Shown here one piece after another: positions 49,557 to 58,671 of a stretch of 58,671 bases of DNA (position 1 is the stretch's first letter; every line of letters begins with the position of its first letter). Under the pieces are notes generated by a model that worked only from the letters and a program-made list of their open reading frames with translations, did no database searches and had not been told where the DNA came from. The position numbers were made by a program, and so were the translations under genes. Source of the DNA: a virus (lineage: Duplodnaviria; Caudoviricetes); the IMG/VR virus record IMGVR_UViG_3300032323_001828, positions 1 to 58,671 of that record; one strand, written 5' to 3'.

Positions 49557-50419
49557 TGTAGTTTTACTTGTGTGATATGCTGTTGTTGGGCAATGCGTTG
49601 TATCAATTCTTCTCTTGGCAGAGTTTCTATCAATTCAGCCACTGGAAAACGCAAGGGCAATAGTCTAGGATCTTGAAAAGTTGTAAATCCTTGATCAAAG
49701 AAAAACTCTCTGTGCTGGTTATAATATTCTTGCATGCGGCACAGTTTTTCCGACAGGTAATCTGCAGTTTCCTCGTGCATGCGAATCACAAAGTCTGCAG
49801 AGTAGTGGAGGAATGGTTTAAATGCATCGTCGCTTATGTAGTTATCACGATCCTGTGTCAGGTCCTCAAGAGTCTTGCCTATTTCAGCATAGTTCAAACA
49901 TACTGCGCCAAAGCTAGGATCAAGAGTGCCGTATTTCTGCATAAGATCCACAGGTAATCTTTCGGTCTTGGGCATGCCAAACCAGGTGCAAACAAATCTT
50001 GCCCGATTACCCCGAGCCGCACTTTCGCATCTATGTACAGCAACATTCAATAGAGCCAATTGTTGTCTAACCCAGTCAGGAATCTTGCCATAGGTCGGAT
50101 GTTTTGTCTGTTGGTCCAATAGGCCGTGCCACTGTTCAAAAATGTTGTGCAGGTAATTCAACGTGTCCTGATCGTGTACTGCTAATAAAGTGCGATCAAT
50201 CAAGGGTTTCCAGGTGTTGATTTCTGCAACACATTCTTGTATCTTTTCTAAAGCAATCTGTTGATCCTGTTCAGGGCTGTTAAACCCATAAAATCTGTTT
50301 GGATCATCCAGGGGCCACGAGTTTCGCAGAGCCATGCGTTTGACCCAAAGATCAGCCACAGGTGTATCTAGCACACGAAATTCAAGTTGTAAATCAGAAA
50401 GATCAATAGTCAAGATCAT
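49553..50419 (-). CDS. hypothetical protein
   Basis: DQDTLNYLHNIFE...LNVAVHRCE...LNYAEIGK. Confidence 0.7.
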   Translation of the reverse strand: MILTIDLSDLQLEFRVLDTPVADLWVKRMALRNSWPLDDPNRFYGFNSPEQDQQIALEKIQECVAEINTWKPLIDRTLLAVHDQDTLNYLHNIFEQWHGLLDQQTKHPTYGKIPDWVRQQLALLNVAVHRCESAARGNRARFVCTWFGMPKTERLPVDLMQKYGTLDPSFGAVCLNYAEIGKTLEDLTQDRDNYISDDAFKPFLHYSADFVIRMHEETADYLSEKLCRMQEYYNQHREFFFDQGFTTFQDPRLLPLRFPVAELIETLPREELIQRIAQQQHITQVKLQ

Positions 50420-50452
50420 ACGCTAGTATAACATACTCTGGGCCACAAGATC

Positions 50453-50477
50453 AAAAAAACAGGCACCGAAGTGCCTG
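50453..50477 (-). terminator. intrinsic terminator with cUUCGg loop
   Basis: caggcac-TTCG-gtgcctg followed by T7. Confidence 0.85.
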
Positions 50478-50541
50478 GTGAAGTGGGTAGAACTTAGTTC
50501 TACCCAGGAGCTACCGATTACTTACCCGTTTGTCGGTCCGA

Positions 50542-51567
50542 TTAAGAATTTTTCATACAAGTTGTGGCAGCAAGTGCTCTCCAATTTGTATCTGATACAC
50601 GAGTCAGATCTGCAATCTTTAGTGCCATGCGCAGGCTCATCTCACGCAGGCGAGTTTGATTCTGTTCCATAAACTCGATCACCATGTCACCTTGTTCTTG
50701 CGAGAAGTCGTAGTCTGCAAACAGTTCGCCCTTGCGATAGATTTGCTTGATACGCAAGAAACGATCACGCATGGTGTTAAGGGTCAAGTCCAGGAAGTGA
50801 CAACGACTCTGTAAGGCTTCCAAGTGGTCTTGTAACTTCTTGCTCTTAAGGTTGCTGAACTGCAAGTTGGTAATAAAGATACAAGCACCTTTGAAGTCAA
50901 ACATGTCTGGAACGCCTTCACGACGCAACATGGCACTGTCACTGTTCCAATAGATCCTACGCTTCTTGCCCGAATCCAAAGCCGCTTTCAAAATGTTCAA
51001 GCTCAAGTCATCTTGGAACACCGAGTCACAGTCGTCGAACACCAGCACATTGTTCTTGTCTGAATGTTTGTATAGAGTGCAGTACAGGCCAATCGGAGTC
51101 ATGGCACCTTTGATCACTTCATACTTGATCTTACGGCCTGACAATTTGTCAAACAAGCCCGAATGCTCCAACTGTTTTTCCACACCATAACTCTTGCCCA
51201 CACCAGGAGGGCCAACCACAATCATGGCACGCACATCGCCGGCAATGGTGGCCTTGGTCATTTGATCAAGAATGTCAAATCTTTGACCAATACGTTCCAT
51301 GATTTCTTCGTCAGTTTCTACCGGTGTCTTTACAACCGGCGACATCATTTCGCCAACCACTGCCGATTCGCCTACAAATTCTACGTCTTCGATTGAGTTC
51401 ACATTGATACGAACTACTTCGGGCAAGTCTGGGCCAAAATAGCCATCTGCATTCACAGTCACATAGCCTCCTCGGGCACCTGTTTGAAAACCCTTAACCA
51501 AGTTAAAGATCATGTTGTTTACGGGTTGATTACGGTATGTTCCGTTTATAATTTTTACTACGCTCAA
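50542..51567 (-). CDS. AAA+ ATPase
   Basis: GPPGVGKS, FDDCD, ALQSR; TTG start with AGGAG. Confidence 0.85.
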   Translation of the reverse strand: MSVVKIINGTYRNQPVNNMIFNLVKGFQTGARGGYVTVNADGYFGPDLPEVVRINVNSIEDVEFVGESAVVGEMMSPVVKTPVETDEEIMERIGQRFDILDQMTKATIAGDVRAMIVVGPPGVGKSYGVEKQLEHSGLFDKLSGRKIKYEVIKGAMTPIGLYCTLYKHSDKNNVLVFDDCDSVFQDDLSLNILKAALDSGKKRRIYWNSDSAMLRREGVPDMFDFKGACIFITNLQFSNLKSKKLQDHLEALQSRCHFLDLTLNTMRDRFLRIKQIYRKGELFADYDFSQEQGDMVIEFMEQNQTRLREMSLRMALKIADLTRVSDTNWRALAATTCMKNS

Positions 51568-51599
51568 GGTTAGCTCCTTAATTTATTGTTGATAATACT

Positions 51600-51630
51600 A
51601 TTATAAGCGATTTGGATTATTTGGTCAACC
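51600..51630 (-). promoter_or_regulatory. early sigma70 promoter
   Basis: GGTTGACC-17 bp-TATAAT. Confidence 0.75.
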
Positions 51631-51739
51631 GTTCTGCGAGGGCTTTGTACACACGATAATCTTCAAAATCACTTACTGCTCTAGCGGCTTCTGCTTTAAT
51701 GAGTAATATAACATATTGTTTCTGTGTTTCTGCACTCAT
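51617..51739 (-). CDS. early small protein (40 aa)
   Basis: Manual translation MSAETQKTICYILIKAEAARAVSDFEDYRVYKALAERLTK; GGAG RBS. Confidence 0.55.
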   Translation of the reverse strand: MSAETQKQYVILLIKAEAARAVSDFEDYRVYKALAERLTK

Positions 51740-51768
51740 TTCGGCTCCGTTTTTTAATTGTATATACT

Positions 51769-51799
51769 ATTATAGCAAATTGGGTATTAGTGGTCAACC
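51769..51799 (-). promoter_or_regulatory. early sigma70 promoter
   Basis: GGTTGACC-17 bp-TGcTATAAT. Confidence 0.75.
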
Positions 51800-51802
51800 G
51801 GC

Positions 51803-51928
51803 TTATTTGCGGTAAATGCTTTCGGCCATTTGGGCACCTTTATAGTAACCCTGGGCACGACCCAAACAGTAGCCCATAAAAGCACCATATGCCAGGGCTA
51901 TTAAAACGATAATTGTGTTTGATTCCAT
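51803..51928 (-). CDS. early small membrane protein (41 aa)
   Basis: Manual translation MESNTIIVLIALAYGAFMGYCLGRAQGYYKGAQMAESIYRK; AGGAG RBS. Confidence 0.6.
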   Translation of the reverse strand: MESNTIIVLIALAYGAFMGYCLGRAQGYYKGAQMAESIYRK

Positions 51929-51958
51929 TTAAAACTCCTTATTAATTGTTATACTATT

Positions 51959-51989
51959 AGTATAGCAAAATGGGCATTTCTGGTCAACC
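51959..51989 (-). promoter_or_regulatory. early sigma70 promoter
   Basis: GGTTGACC-17 bp-TGcTATACT. Confidence 0.75.
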
Positions 51990-51991
51990 AT

Positions 51992-52020
51992 AAAAAAACC
52001 CTACTCAAAGTAGGGTTTTT
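51992..52020. terminator. intrinsic (bidirectional-type) terminator
   Basis: aaaaaccctact-caa-agtagggttttt. Confidence 0.8.
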
Positions 52021-52036
52021 GGGGACTTGGGTTGGT

Positions 52037-52552
52037 CTAAACATTGCCAATGTTGCCGGCACTGGTAATTTCTAAGTTATAGGCCAGTGTTGCTGGAGCG
52101 TCGATAGTGTACCACCAGGTACCTGGCAGGTCCCTAGGATCCGGATCAGTGGGCACTCCATTGATTGTCACACTGGTACGCGAATCTATATTGCCATTGT
52201 TCGTGCCGATAAATGTGCCAGGACCACTGGTTTCAAAACTAGGGGGAATATTTGCTGCTACATTTCCCGGAATGAATATATTTGTGTAATTTGCTTGAAT
52301 TTGTGCAAAAATTACTGTTCCGTTTGAAACTTGACAAGTCATTGGAATATTTCCAACAAAATCCATGGGAATTTCAAAACTAAACAACTGAACAGTTTGA
52401 CCTACTAACTCTAAGTTTGGCAATGCAGGTACCGGGCTGTTGACTGTCGGCACTGTACCATTGAATACAGTATTGCCATTGAGCGTGGCAACCACTGTAG
52501 CGGTAGTTTCACCAAATCCGGCACCTAAAATTTGAATAGTTCTTAAAGTCAT
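52037..52552 (-). CDS. putative virion structural protein
   Basis: Beta-rich, T/N/G rich; TAAATA and AGGAG upstream. Confidence 0.6.
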   Translation of the reverse strand: MTLRTIQILGAGFGETTATVVATLNGNTVFNGTVPTVNSPVPALPNLELVGQTVQLFSFEIPMDFVGNIPMTCQVSNGTVIFAQIQANYTNIFIPGNVAANIPPSFETSGPGTFIGTNNGNIDSRTSVTINGVPTDPDPRDLPGTWWYTIDAPATLAYNLEITSAGNIGNV

Positions 52553-52579
52553 TTTTGAAATCTCCTATACTGTTATTTA

Positions 52580-53308
52580 TCATTGCCAGTGGGCTACTAC
52601 CGTTTGATCCGTTATCTGCTCGGGTTTAGGATTACCGTGGAATACCATAATGCTGGTACTGTCTGTAATCTGTGTGCCAGTACCAGGCGCCTGATGACGT
52701 CGCTTACGGAAATTGTAGCCGCCATCTAAACACTGCCAACGCCAGCTTTGTATACGATTTGTGTCAAAAAACCTACGTTGATTTTGTGGAATTACTGCCG
52801 AAATGTAGTCTTGGTCTCCAGGGTATTTTCGCATAGTTGTGATTAGGTCTTGTTGAGCAAATGTGTTCCATATGTTTTGGTACTGTTGAGTATTCCACCA
52901 CATGACGCTGGAATTTATTCCTGTGTGATTTGGGCGCCACAGGTATTTAAAATCTCGGATGGCCCAAAAATACGTGGTGGGTGTTTGCCAGATCCAGTCT
53001 ATGTTACCCACTATCACAGTATCTAGGTCAAAATACAACAAGGGCCCGGCGTGATGCGCTGGATTGAATAACTGCATTTTGTACCACCAAGATTTTTTGG
53101 CACTAGTAATAGGCCACGGTTCAAGCACATGCTTGATCATGTGCTCGGGCACTGATCTATCAGCTTCGGTGTAAACGTGTAGTCTAATGCCCAGAGTGAT
53201 GTGTCGACTCAACATATTATGCAGTCGTTCTACATAGTCCCATGAATAAGCTGTACCGTGTATAACACAGGCGCAGTCTACAGGGCCGTGCATAATCTCT
53301 TGAGCCAT
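52580..53308 (-). CDS. GT-A glycosyltransferase (GT8-like)
   Basis: WWYKMQLF, YFDLD, NSSVM, GDQDYI, VFHGNPKP. Confidence 0.85.
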   Translation of the reverse strand: MAQEIMHGPVDCACVIHGTAYSWDYVERLHNMLSRHITLGIRLHVYTEADRSVPEHMIKHVLEPWPITSAKKSWWYKMQLFNPAHHAGPLLYFDLDTVIVGNIDWIWQTPTTYFWAIRDFKYLWRPNHTGINSSVMWWNTQQYQNIWNTFAQQDLITTMRKYPGDQDYISAVIPQNQRRFFDTNRIQSWRWQCLDGGYNFRKRRHQAPGTGTQITDSTSIMVFHGNPKPEQITDQTVVAHWQ

Positions 53309-54114
53309 AGGCCTTGTTTGATTTCGTGTAGGGTATATTCTGTGTGGCAAATTTCCACTAACCATTGATCTCTGTCGCAATTGTATGGTTTTTCTATATC
53401 TGTTATTGATATGCCAACTGGATGTGCTAAACTACTTGAATCAACCACGGGTCTGGTACCGGCCAATGCAGCCTGTATTCCGGGACCCGAATTGTAATTT
53501 ACTAAGGCATGGCAATCAAATGCCAAATTATAACTGTCATAGGTGCTGATTATTTTTTTAGGTTGCTCTATGGTCACATTTTGAAATTGTGTTTGATCCA
53601 ATGGGCTTCTAGGATGTGGACGAATCACAATTGGTCTATCTGTTACAGCTCGAATATTATCTATTTGTGTGTAAATCCAATGTTCCACACTGACTAGTGC
53701 TGCAACTTGTAAACTTTTTTTATGTTGTGCGGCAATTACAATTTGCGGATTACGACTGAGATTCAAAGCCAGGCTGATGCCCAGCTTTCTAGGACGATCC
53801 CAATCCAAGTTTTCGTTGTGTCCGTAGTAGCCATTGGCTGTGATAGAGTTGACTGCAATCTTCCAGGTTTCGCCTCGATACAGTGCGCCAATATCAACTA
53901 TTATAACTGGACGGTCAGTCTCTCGATACTTTGCCCAAACTTCGTAGTTCGGCGACATACGGCCTGCCCATAATGCTGACCAAATAATCGCTGCATCAGC
54001 TTCCATACTGTCCGGTTCAACCGTGTGACCGGCGCTACGTAGGCTATCCAGCATGGCCTGCATGACAGGAGCACTGTTTTGAGCACATTGATTTGGGAAG
54101 TAGGTCACACGCAT
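53278..54114 (-). CDS. GT-B-like / capsule-synthesis-type protein
   Basis: IVIRPHPR, VNYNSGPGIQAALAG. Confidence 0.65.
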   Translation of the reverse strand: MRVTYFPNQCAQNSAPVMQAMLDSLRSAGHTVEPDSMEADAAIIWSALWAGRMSPNYEVWAKYRETDRPVIIVDIGALYRGETWKIAVNSITANGYYGHNENLDWDRPRKLGISLALNLSRNPQIVIAAQHKKSLQVAALVSVEHWIYTQIDNIRAVTDRPIVIRPHPRSPLDQTQFQNVTIEQPKKIISTYDSYNLAFDCHALVNYNSGPGIQAALAGTRPVVDSSSLAHPVGISITDIEKPYNCDRDQWLVEICHTEYTLHEIKQGLWLKRLCTAL

Positions 54115-54116
54115 AA

Positions 54117-54132
54117 GGTTAAATATTTAACC
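54117..54132. promoter_or_regulatory. palindromic bidirectional late-promoter element
   Basis: Perfect 16-bp palindrome GGTTAAATATTTAACC between divergent ATGs; TAAATA on both strands. Confidence 0.6.
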
Positions 54133-54921
54133 ATGAAGCTATCACCACTACTAGGAAATCTAGACCAACCAAAGTTCTTTTTATATGCCGCTGCAGATAC
54201 TGTGTACTTTGACCTACACGCACGGCCATTGATCAACAGTATTATGGCCAATACTCCCGAGTACGGTGTACACATACACATCTATGATCCTACCCCAGAT
54301 CAGATTGAGTTTTGTCGTACTCGTCCCGGTGTTACTTGCACCCACGAAACATTAGATGATGCAGAATTTCAACAGGCCGCCGATTATTGGTTAGCAAGAT
54401 CCACATTCTCAAATGATCGCCAACGTCAGATGCATAAAAAAGGACAAAAATTAGGCCGTGAACAACTGTTGACCTTGATCCGACAGACCTACTATGCCTG
54501 CGGTAGATTTACTAGACTGGCAGAATTACTTCGTCCCGGGCAACGTTGTTTGAGCATAGATGTAGATGGGCTGGTACGCAGGTCGTTTACTGAGCAGTTA
54601 GGATCAGAAGATTTTTATCTGTATGAGAAACCCAAGGATGGCACACACCTTGCTGGAGCGATACTGTTTAACGGAACAGCCGGATCTCATGAGTTTTTAC
54701 AGAAATATGCTCAACAGTTGCGAGCCAGTATAACCCAGGATGATTTATATTGGTTCTTAGATCAGGTCATATTGGATCAGTTGGTGCCACAGTACCGCAA
54801 AGGATTGTTGCCTATGAGTTATATTGACTGGGCCATGCGTGACGAAAGTGCCATATGGTCAGCCAAAGGCCCACGCAAAGAATTAGAACTATTTAAAAAC
54901 GAACAAAGAAAGTATCTATGA
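54133..54921 (+). CDS. putative GT-A glycosyltransferase
   Basis: YYACGRF, IDVDG (DxD), WFLDQ. Confidence 0.65.
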   Translation: MKLSPLLGNLDQPKFFLYAAADTVYFDLHARPLINSIMANTPEYGVHIHIYDPTPDQIEFCRTRPGVTCTHETLDDAEFQQAADYWLARSTFSNDRQRQMHKKGQKLGREQLLTLIRQTYYACGRFTRLAELLRPGQRCLSIDVDGLVRRSFTEQLGSEDFYLYEKPKDGTHLAGAILFNGTAGSHEFLQKYAQQLRASITQDDLYWFLDQVILDQLVPQYRKGLLPMSYIDWAMRDESAIWSAKGPRKELELFKNEQRKYL

Positions 54922-55688
54922 TATCAATTGTAATGAGTTACTTTAATCGGCTTGACCAATTGAGATATACTCTTAAAACCATTGGACGTAGCCAAGTTAA
55001 AGATTTAGAAATTGTCATTGCTGAAGACTTTTGTGATCCAGGCGAACAGTTACATACCATAAAGTCTGAATTTCCACACTTAGATATACAAGTGATACGT
55101 ATGAGTGACACTCGTGATCAAAAAGATTACTGCAATCCCTGCGTGCCTTACAATACTGCATTCAGAGCTACCCGTGGTGATACGATTATTATTCAAAATC
55201 CAGAATGTTGTCACATGGGTGATGTACTGCAATACACGAGAGAAAATTTAACCAACGAAAATTATCTTACTTTTCATTGTTATGCGGCCACCAAAGCTGA
55301 AACCAGAGTAATGCAGTCAGGCGAACCATTGCCCATGTTTACTGACAAAAAATCTCGCTGGTATAATCATGTGGTTGAGCGACCATATGCTTATCACTTT
55401 ACTACAGCAATTACTCGTGAAAATCTAGTGAAGCTAAATGGTTTTGATGAGAGATTTGCAAAGGGGCAGGACATGGACGATGTAGAGTTAATCTATCGTG
55501 TCAAGGCCTTGGGCTTGGAACTAAAATTTGTAGAGGATCCGTGGGTGGTGCATCAGTATCATAGAAAAACCTACGACAACCCACACAACCCGCCGGTTAC
55601 AGTAAACAACCGAGAACTATGGGCCAGTATCAAAGACAATTTGCAAGTGAGAGCCAACAACAACGGTAATAACATATGTGGCATCTAA
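54918..55688 (+). CDS. glycosyltransferase family 2
   Basis: ISIVMSYFNR, LNGFDERF...DDVEL, HQYH. Confidence 0.88.
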   Translation: MISIVMSYFNRLDQLRYTLKTIGRSQVKDLEIVIAEDFCDPGEQLHTIKSEFPHLDIQVIRMSDTRDQKDYCNPCVPYNTAFRATRGDTIIIQNPECCHMGDVLQYTRENLTNENYLTFHCYAATKAETRVMQSGEPLPMFTDKKSRWYNHVVERPYAYHFTTAITRENLVKLNGFDERFAKGQDMDDVELIYRVKALGLELKFVEDPWVVHQYHRKTYDNPHNPPVTVNNRELWASIKDNLQVRANNNGNNICGI

Positions 55689-56512
55689 CACAGATACCGC
55701 AAGTGGCACACTTCTATTGGGGTGGTGGGCCGCTCTCATACTTGAGATTTTTATCCGTTGAAAGTTTTAAAAAACAAAATCCCAACTGGCAGGTAAAAGT
55801 TCATGTTCCATTGGTTAATAGTGTAGCACCAGAGTCGTGGACAAATGATATCAAACAAGATTACCGTAGTCAGCTTGGAGAGCTTGATGTAACTATTGTT
55901 ACCCACGAGTTCAACGTGTACGGATTTAGCAATCAAGCACACGAAGTACACAAATCAGATTTTCTGAGATGGAGATTGCTGGCCACGGAAGGTGGACTAT
56001 GGTCAGACATAGATATTTTTTATGTAAAACCCATGGAGTGCCTGGCAGAAAATACAACACAGCATTCCAATATCAATGTGGCACTATGTCCACTAAAACC
56101 GCCGCACAAGCACACAGTTGGTTTCATGCTTGGTTCTAAAAACAATGACTTTTACGCTTACATCGGTCAACTGGCGCAAAAGAACTACAATAAAGATGTG
56201 TATCAATGCATGGGCAGTGATTTGATCAACAATCACTTTGCAAGTTTTGAAAGTTTTAGTGGTCAGTTTCCAGATAATCAATTTATATTTTTAAACAAGA
56301 AAAGTGTGTATGCAATCACCAGCAAGACTATTGATCATTTTTATCAACCAGTTGACCCTGCATTATCCAAGAAGTTTAACAGCCCACAGGTTATAGGATA
56401 TCACTGGTTTGGTGGTCATCCTAGGTCTCAAGATTTTGAAAACAATTTACAGCCAGAAACGATAACTGATTACAATCATTTTTTAGCTCGGGCAATACAG
56501 GAACAATTATGA
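55676..56512 (+). CDS. DxD glycosyltransferase (GT32/OCH1-like)
   Basis: IPQVAHFYW, KSDFLRW..L...GGLWSDID. Confidence 0.85.
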   Translation: MWHLTQIPQVAHFYWGGGPLSYLRFLSVESFKKQNPNWQVKVHVPLVNSVAPESWTNDIKQDYRSQLGELDVTIVTHEFNVYGFSNQAHEVHKSDFLRWRLLATEGGLWSDIDIFYVKPMECLAENTTQHSNINVALCPLKPPHKHTVGFMLGSKNNDFYAYIGQLAQKNYNKDVYQCMGSDLINNHFASFESFSGQFPDNQFIFLNKKSVYAITSKTIDHFYQPVDPALSKKFNSPQVIGYHWFGGHPRSQDFENNLQPETITDYNHFLARAIQEQL

Positions 56513-57036
56513 AACACAAAGTAAAAGGAAAAAGAGCTTTCAGCAACGATGATTTGGTTGCATACTTACAAGCCGAGGTGGCCACAGGATCAAGCCTATT
56601 GGACTTGGGGTGCGGTCCAAAAATGTACAGCAATCCTTTGCGTGAACAATGCAGTCGTATGCTAACAGTTGATGCGTGGGCTTGGGTTGAGCCAGACGTT
56701 GTGGCTGACTTGGAAACCACTCCACTCACGGACATTACTACAGACCGCTGGGACTATGTACTCATGTTGGACTTTATCGAGCACCTGGATAAATCAGCTG
56801 GATTGAGCTTGATCGAACAGGTCAAACAAATAACCAATCAACGAATATTTCTACTAACACCAATGGAAGAAATTTGGACAGAGAATCACGAGAATGTGGA
56901 CAATCCAGAACTATGGTGTCACGGCAACGAGTACGATCTACACAAGAGTCTGTGGCGGCCAGAAGATTTTGTAGGATTCACCCGTGTCCAGGTTCGAGGA
57001 TTTGACAATTACTACATAGGCTACTATGAAGCGTAA
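56509..57036 (+). CDS. class I SAM-dependent methyltransferase
   Basis: LLDLGCG, DFIEHL. Confidence 0.85.
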   Translation: MKHKVKGKRAFSNDDLVAYLQAEVATGSSLLDLGCGPKMYSNPLREQCSRMLTVDAWAWVEPDVVADLETTPLTDITTDRWDYVLMLDFIEHLDKSAGLSLIEQVKQITNQRIFLLTPMEEIWTENHENVDNPELWCHGNEYDLHKSLWRPEDFVGFTRVQVRGFDNYYIGYYEA

Positions 57037-58087
57037 AGTATTGACCATACTGGGTACCAGACCTGAAATTATCAGACTCAGCCGTGTAATTCCCAAATTA
57101 GATCTGGCTGCAGATCATCGTGTGTTACACACAGGACAAAACTATGATCCTACACTTAACGACATCTTTTTTGAAGAATTAGAATTACGTAGGCCAGATG
57201 TGGTGTTAGAGAGCCGCGGAACCATTGGCCAACAACTGGCAGCAACATTCGTAGGTGTGGAAAAGTATTGCCAGGAATTTCAACCTGATGCTGTGCTTGT
57301 ATTAGGCGATACCAATTCAGGCCTGGCAGCTGTTGTGTGTGAACGCATGGCCATTCCGGTATATCACATGGAAGCTGGCAATCGTTGTTACGATCTTTCA
57401 GTGCCGGAAGAAAAAAATCGTAGAATCATTGATCATGTAGCCAGCGTCAACTTGCCGTACACTGGATTCAGCAGAGAAAACTTGCTACGCGAAGGCCTAC
57501 CAAACAACAAAATTTTTGTCACAGGTAATCCCATCCGAGAAGTATTGGATTACTACAGTGGAGCTATACAGTACAGCACAATTCTTAAACAGTTAGGTCT
57601 GGTTCCGTATCAATACATTGTGGCCACTGCACACCGAGCTGAGAATGTAAACGATCCTGTTCGCTTGGCAAATATACTAGAAGCATTTGAAACCATCAGT
57701 CAAGACTTGCCTATTGTGTTTAGTTGTCATCCTAAGACCGAACAACGCATGACCAAACAATTAAACAGCCGCATCATTGTATCCAAGCCTATGGGCTTTT
57801 TTGACTGGGTCAATTTGGAACGTAACAGTAGATTAGCCATCAGTGACTCAGGCACAGTACAAGAAGAAATGTGCTTGTTTCAACGACCCACGATAACTAT
57901 ACGAGCAACCACAGAACGACCAGAAACTGTCATGTGCGGATCAAACATTGTGACCGGACTCGAGACTGCGGATATTGTAGCAGGTTACCAGCAGGCACTG
58001 ACACTGGGCTCATGGACTGTGCCCGAAGAGTATACCAGGGCCAATGTCAGTGACGTAGTTGTGAATATCATAATGGGAAAGATGTAA
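57026..58087 (+). CDS. wecB: UDP-N-acetylglucosamine 2-epimerase (non-hydrolysing)
   Basis: GTRPEII, HTGQNYD, LGDTNS, HMEAGNR, PEEKNR, SDSGTVQEE, TERPE. Confidence 0.93.
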   Translation: MKRKVLTILGTRPEIIRLSRVIPKLDLAADHRVLHTGQNYDPTLNDIFFEELELRRPDVVLESRGTIGQQLAATFVGVEKYCQEFQPDAVLVLGDTNSGLAAVVCERMAIPVYHMEAGNRCYDLSVPEEKNRRIIDHVASVNLPYTGFSRENLLREGLPNNKIFVTGNPIREVLDYYSGAIQYSTILKQLGLVPYQYIVATAHRAENVNDPVRLANILEAFETISQDLPIVFSCHPKTEQRMTKQLNSRIIVSKPMGFFDWVNLERNSRLAISDSGTVQEEMCLFQRPTITIRATTERPETVMCGSNIVTGLETADIVAGYQQALTLGSWTVPEEYTRANVSDVVVNIIMGKM

Positions 58088-58671
58088 ATGGATCATAATC
58101 GAGAATTTTGGAACCAACAGCACGATCAAGACAACCAGCGTACACTATCAGGTTGTGGATTTGATGCCACTGTGGATTTTTTAAATGTAAAAGATTTAAT
58201 TGTGCCAGGCATGCGTGTGTTAGAGATTGGATGCGTACTAGGTTATGTGACCACGGGCTTTGCAGAAATAGCCAAGATCAGTGTGCTGGATATCAGCGAC
58301 TCTGCTCTAGATCGTGTTCGTCCTATATGTGAGTCAGTGTATCATATCGACAATGTTGAATCTTTGCCCACCAATTACTTTGATTTGATCATTTGCCATA
58401 ATGTTGTTCAGCATGTTGTTACCGAATCATTAGTCAACGAACTCAAACATGCAATTCGTAGTTTAGCACCCACAGGAACATTTGCTTTAGAGTATGTTTG
58501 GGCCGACGGAGTTGAAGACAATGGAGCAGATCCAGATCCAAAATGGGCTACAGCCGGACATCTTTGTCGCAGTGACAAGTTTATGATCGACTTAGTCGAT
58601 ACACTAGGTGGTAACTGTACAATATCCAGAACAAATGCCGTGCCTAATCATAGAAAAATTAATGGCCTAAC
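58088..58671 (+). CDS. class I SAM-dependent methyltransferase, partial (runs off window)
   Basis: MDHNREFW...VLEIGC.LG...DIS...FDLIICHNVVQH; final codons checked and open to the window end. Confidence 0.8.
   Translation, partial: MDHNREFWNQQHDQDNQRTLSGCGFDATVDFLNVKDLIVPGMRVLEIGCVLGYVTTGFAEIAKISVLDISDSALDRVRPICESVYHIDNVESLPTNYFDLIICHNVVQHVVTESLVNELKHAIRSLAPTGTFALEYVWADGVEDNGADPDPKWATAGHLCRSDKFMIDLVDTLGGNCTISRTNAVPNHRKINGL

Overview
This 58.7 kb window is part of a large T4-like (jumbo-type) tailed phage genome that uses standard genetic code 11. Most genes lie on the minus strand. The host is probably a proteobacterium, inferred from the look of the GroEL, IscU/IscA and aminotransferase genes. 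In order, the window contains: (1) the start of a probable curli-type csgF gene and small membrane genes; (2) a proteostasis and translation module (ClpS, Hsp20, GroEL/GroES, ribosomal protein bS21, ClpX); (3) a cytochrome c / Bax-inhibitor-1 / CDGSH-like cluster; (4) DNA ligase, lipoproteins and early-promoter mini-gene cassettes, one of them ArfA-like; (5) PAAR and baseplate genes; (6) glutaredoxin and nrdAB, separated by an HNH endonuclease, an aldolase and an aminotransferase; (7) a tail-spike-like protein, an exonuclease and IscU/IscA; (8) probable internal head proteins, including a nucleotidyltransferase + ligase-like fusion; (9) a primase/helicase/UvsW region interleaved with AT-rich radical SAM genes and a 189-aa mini-DnaE palm; (10) a glycosylation/methylation cluster. 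The strongest leads are the mini/split DnaE, the NTase-ligase fusion, a duplicated late-promoter + ROSE-like leader that brackets groESL, and widespread apparently leaderless promoters. All family calls come from motif recognition by eye; no database searches were run.
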